The notes under the pieces are model-generated. The model worked only from the letters and a program-made list of their open reading frames with translations. It was not told the DNA's origin and searched no databases. From Hypanus sabinus (taxonomy: Eukaryota), in assembly GCF_030144855.1 (NCBI RefSeq), contig NC_082731.1:26660001-26724000 (forward strand): a DNA stretch of 64,000 bases, written 5' to 3'. Of the stretch, positions 61,600-64,000 are shown one piece after another; the stretch's first letter is position 1; the number at the start of each line of letters is the position of its first letter. The translations under genes were made by a program, and so were the position numbers.

Positions 61600-62830
61600 G
61601 TCTAACCAATCTTACAAATATTTTCAAGGAAGTTACTAGGAAACTTGATGAAGGTAAGGTGGTGGACGTTATCTACATGGACTTTTGCAAGGCGTTTGCA
61701 AGGATTCTTATGGGATTCAAGTCAAGAATGTTCAGTCTTTTCGCATACAATATGAGGTAGTAAATTCAATTAGACTTTGGTTTTGTGGAAGAAGCCAGAG
61801 AGTGGTAGTGGATGGTTGCCTCCCTGACTGGAGGCCTGGACTAGTGGAGGAATTAGAGCTGGGTCCGTTGGTGTTTGTCATCTATATCAACGATCTGGAT
61901 GACAATGTGGCAAACTGGATTGGCAAGTTTGCAAATGACACCAAGATTTGGGGCATAGTCTACATCAAGGAAGAACATCCAAGCTTGCAGCAGGATATGG
62001 ACCACTGGAAAAATGGGTGAAAAATGGCAGATGGTGCTGCACTTTGGGAGGATCAACCAGGGTAGGTTTTACATGGTGAGCAGTAGGGCACCGAGGAGTG
62101 TGGTAGAACAGAGGCATGTGGGAATACGTATCTATAATTTCTTGAAAGTGGCGTGACAGGTAGATAGGGTCAGAAAGAAAGCTTTTGGCACATTGGCTTT
62201 CATACAACAAAGTACTGAGTACAGGAGTTGGGATGTTATGTTGAAGTTGCGTAAGACATTGGGGAGGCCTAATTTGGAGTATTGTGTGCAGTTTTTGTCA
62301 CCTACCTACAGGAAAGATGCAAGTTTAAAAGAGCACAGAGAAAATTTACAAAGATGTTGCCAGGAATTGAGAACATGAGTTATAGGGAAAGGTTGAATAG
62401 GTTAGGAATTTACTCCTTAGAACATATACTGTAAGACTGTAGAACAGAGGGGGGTTCTACATGCTAAAAGAGGAGATTTGATGTAGGCATACAAAATTAT
62501 GAGGGGTATAAATGGAAGCAGGCTTTTTCCACTGAGGTTGGGTTAGACTAGAACTAGAGGCCATGGTCTAAGGGTGAAAAGCAACATGTTTAAGGGGAAC
62601 ATGAGGAGGAACTACTTCACAGAGGGTGGTAAGAGTGTGGAATGAGCTCCCTGTGTAAGTGGTGAATGTGTAGTCAATTTCAGCAAAATTTGGATAGGTA
62701 CATGGATGGGAGGGGAATGGAGGGCAATGGTCTGGGTGCAGGTCGATGGGACTAGGCAGGATAATAGTTCAACATGGACTAGAAGGGTCAAAGCACCAGT
62801 TTCTGTGCTATAGTGTTCCATGACCATCTA
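61600..62830 (+). mobile_element. CR1 LINE RT to 3' end
   Basis: YMDFCKAF, FVIYINDLD, KFANDTK, RPNLEYC motifs; (TCTATGAC) tail. Confidence 0.85.
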
Positions 62831-64000
62831 TGACTCTATTCCAGTCCTGGTGTCAATAGCCCTGTGTGAGGAACTTCCTCACCTTCTCTGAGATTGCCTT
62901 TTACTAATAAGTCTCTGTTTTTGTGTCTTACTTCCACTTTCTAATTAAAATTCATTTTGTGGACATAATTTATACGTCCTTCATTCTTTTGAATGCTCTA
63001 TTCAATGTTCTCTGTGGATCAGTAAGTTTCCATCAATGCTATTGAGCATTGCATCCCGTCGTATCTAAACTAGATTTAAACGTTTCTAAACTAGATTCTC
63101 CCACACCAGCTATTCTTCTACTTCAACAGCCTGCTATCTGATTATTGCTTCTATGAAGCACCTTCTGATAATTCCCTATATTAAAACTATTCTTTAAATA
63201 CAAGTGTTTGCTGTTGAGTGCAATTGCCCAATTACTTTGCCCTGCAGACCAGCCTTGGACACACGAGCCCAATTGACCTTGATGAATAGTGACTGACAAC
63301 CAGAGGAAGTTTTTCCGAATAATGAGAAGTGCAGCAGGAAACAAAACCATAAAATTGTAAGGCAGACAGGAAGGACAGAAGGACAGAAGTCACTGGTGAC
63401 ACCTGTCAGATGTGAAGGAAGGAACTACCAAAGAGTATCAAATAAAACTGAATGACATTTTATTTATTAGTAATGTGGCCAGCAACTAACGAGCTCCTGG
63501 ATTGGTTGTATTGATGACTGGCTTCGTGGCTGTGGACTTACTTTTGTGAACTTCAGTTCTGAATGTTACTTGCTTACTTTAATTGTTTGCATGATCTGTT
63601 TGACAGCTTTCTCTTTTGATTGGTTCTATTGGGTTTCTTTATTTTCAGGCTGCCTGTAGGGATACAAACCTTAAGGTTGTATATAGTATAGATTCTTCAT
63701 TAACAAATGCACTTTGAACTTTGACTGAGAAAGCGAAGGCACAGCCCTTCAACCCATTAACAGGGGAAAACCACAGAGGCAGAGAAGGAGAAATTGTTAA
63801 TAGTTTGAAGAATGGAAAGACAGAAAGGCTGAAGACAGTGAGAGAGAGAGAGAGAGAGACTGTAGGGAAAGGAAGCAAGTTGTCTGTGTCAGTGTGTTGC
63901 AATCAGATTTATTATATGAACATAAGACCATAAGATATAGGAGCAGAATTAGTCTGCTCCACCACTTCAGTGTGGCTGATCCATTTTCCCTCTCAGCCCC

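Noticed and set aside
63123-63350. Minus ORF in apparently unique sequence
   Set aside because: No recognisable domain or convincing splice sites. A neighbouring gene exon cannot be excluded without a search.

Overview
Repeat-dense vertebrate DNA. The repeat families and Ig class point to a cartilaginous fish, probably a ray or skate (inference). The only host gene is one immunoglobulin heavy-chain minilocus of the IgW (skate IgX) type on the minus strand: leader (32455-32500), V exon (32039-32355), J (31588-31635), a 20.7 kb transposon-filled intron, and four intact C1-set constant exons (10569-10868, 8692-8988, 6638-6940, 6230-6547), all joined in phase 1. The standout feature is the recombination architecture. 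The V carries about 19 extra CDR3 bases and a 12-bp-spacer RSS, and faces a 23-RSS J about 400 bp away with no D segment between them. It looks like a germline pre-joined V(DD)-J heavy chain that needs only one light-chain-like joining step. V framework 2, J and the first C domain also differ at positions that normally contact light chain. The rest of the window is CR1, L2/Rex-like and Penelope retroelements, Tc1 elements and MITEs, a hAT element and a Chapaev3-type element with intact TIRs/TSDs, two solo LTRs, a decayed Ty3/Gypsy element, and an 8.3 kb epsilon-like endogenous retrovirus (tRNA-Arg PBS, in-frame integrase/Env-TM deletion fusion). There is a 132-N assembly gap at 24703-24834. 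Boundaries of the LINE, Penelope and MITE fragments are approximate unless TSDs are quoted. All family names come from recalled motifs, not database searches.
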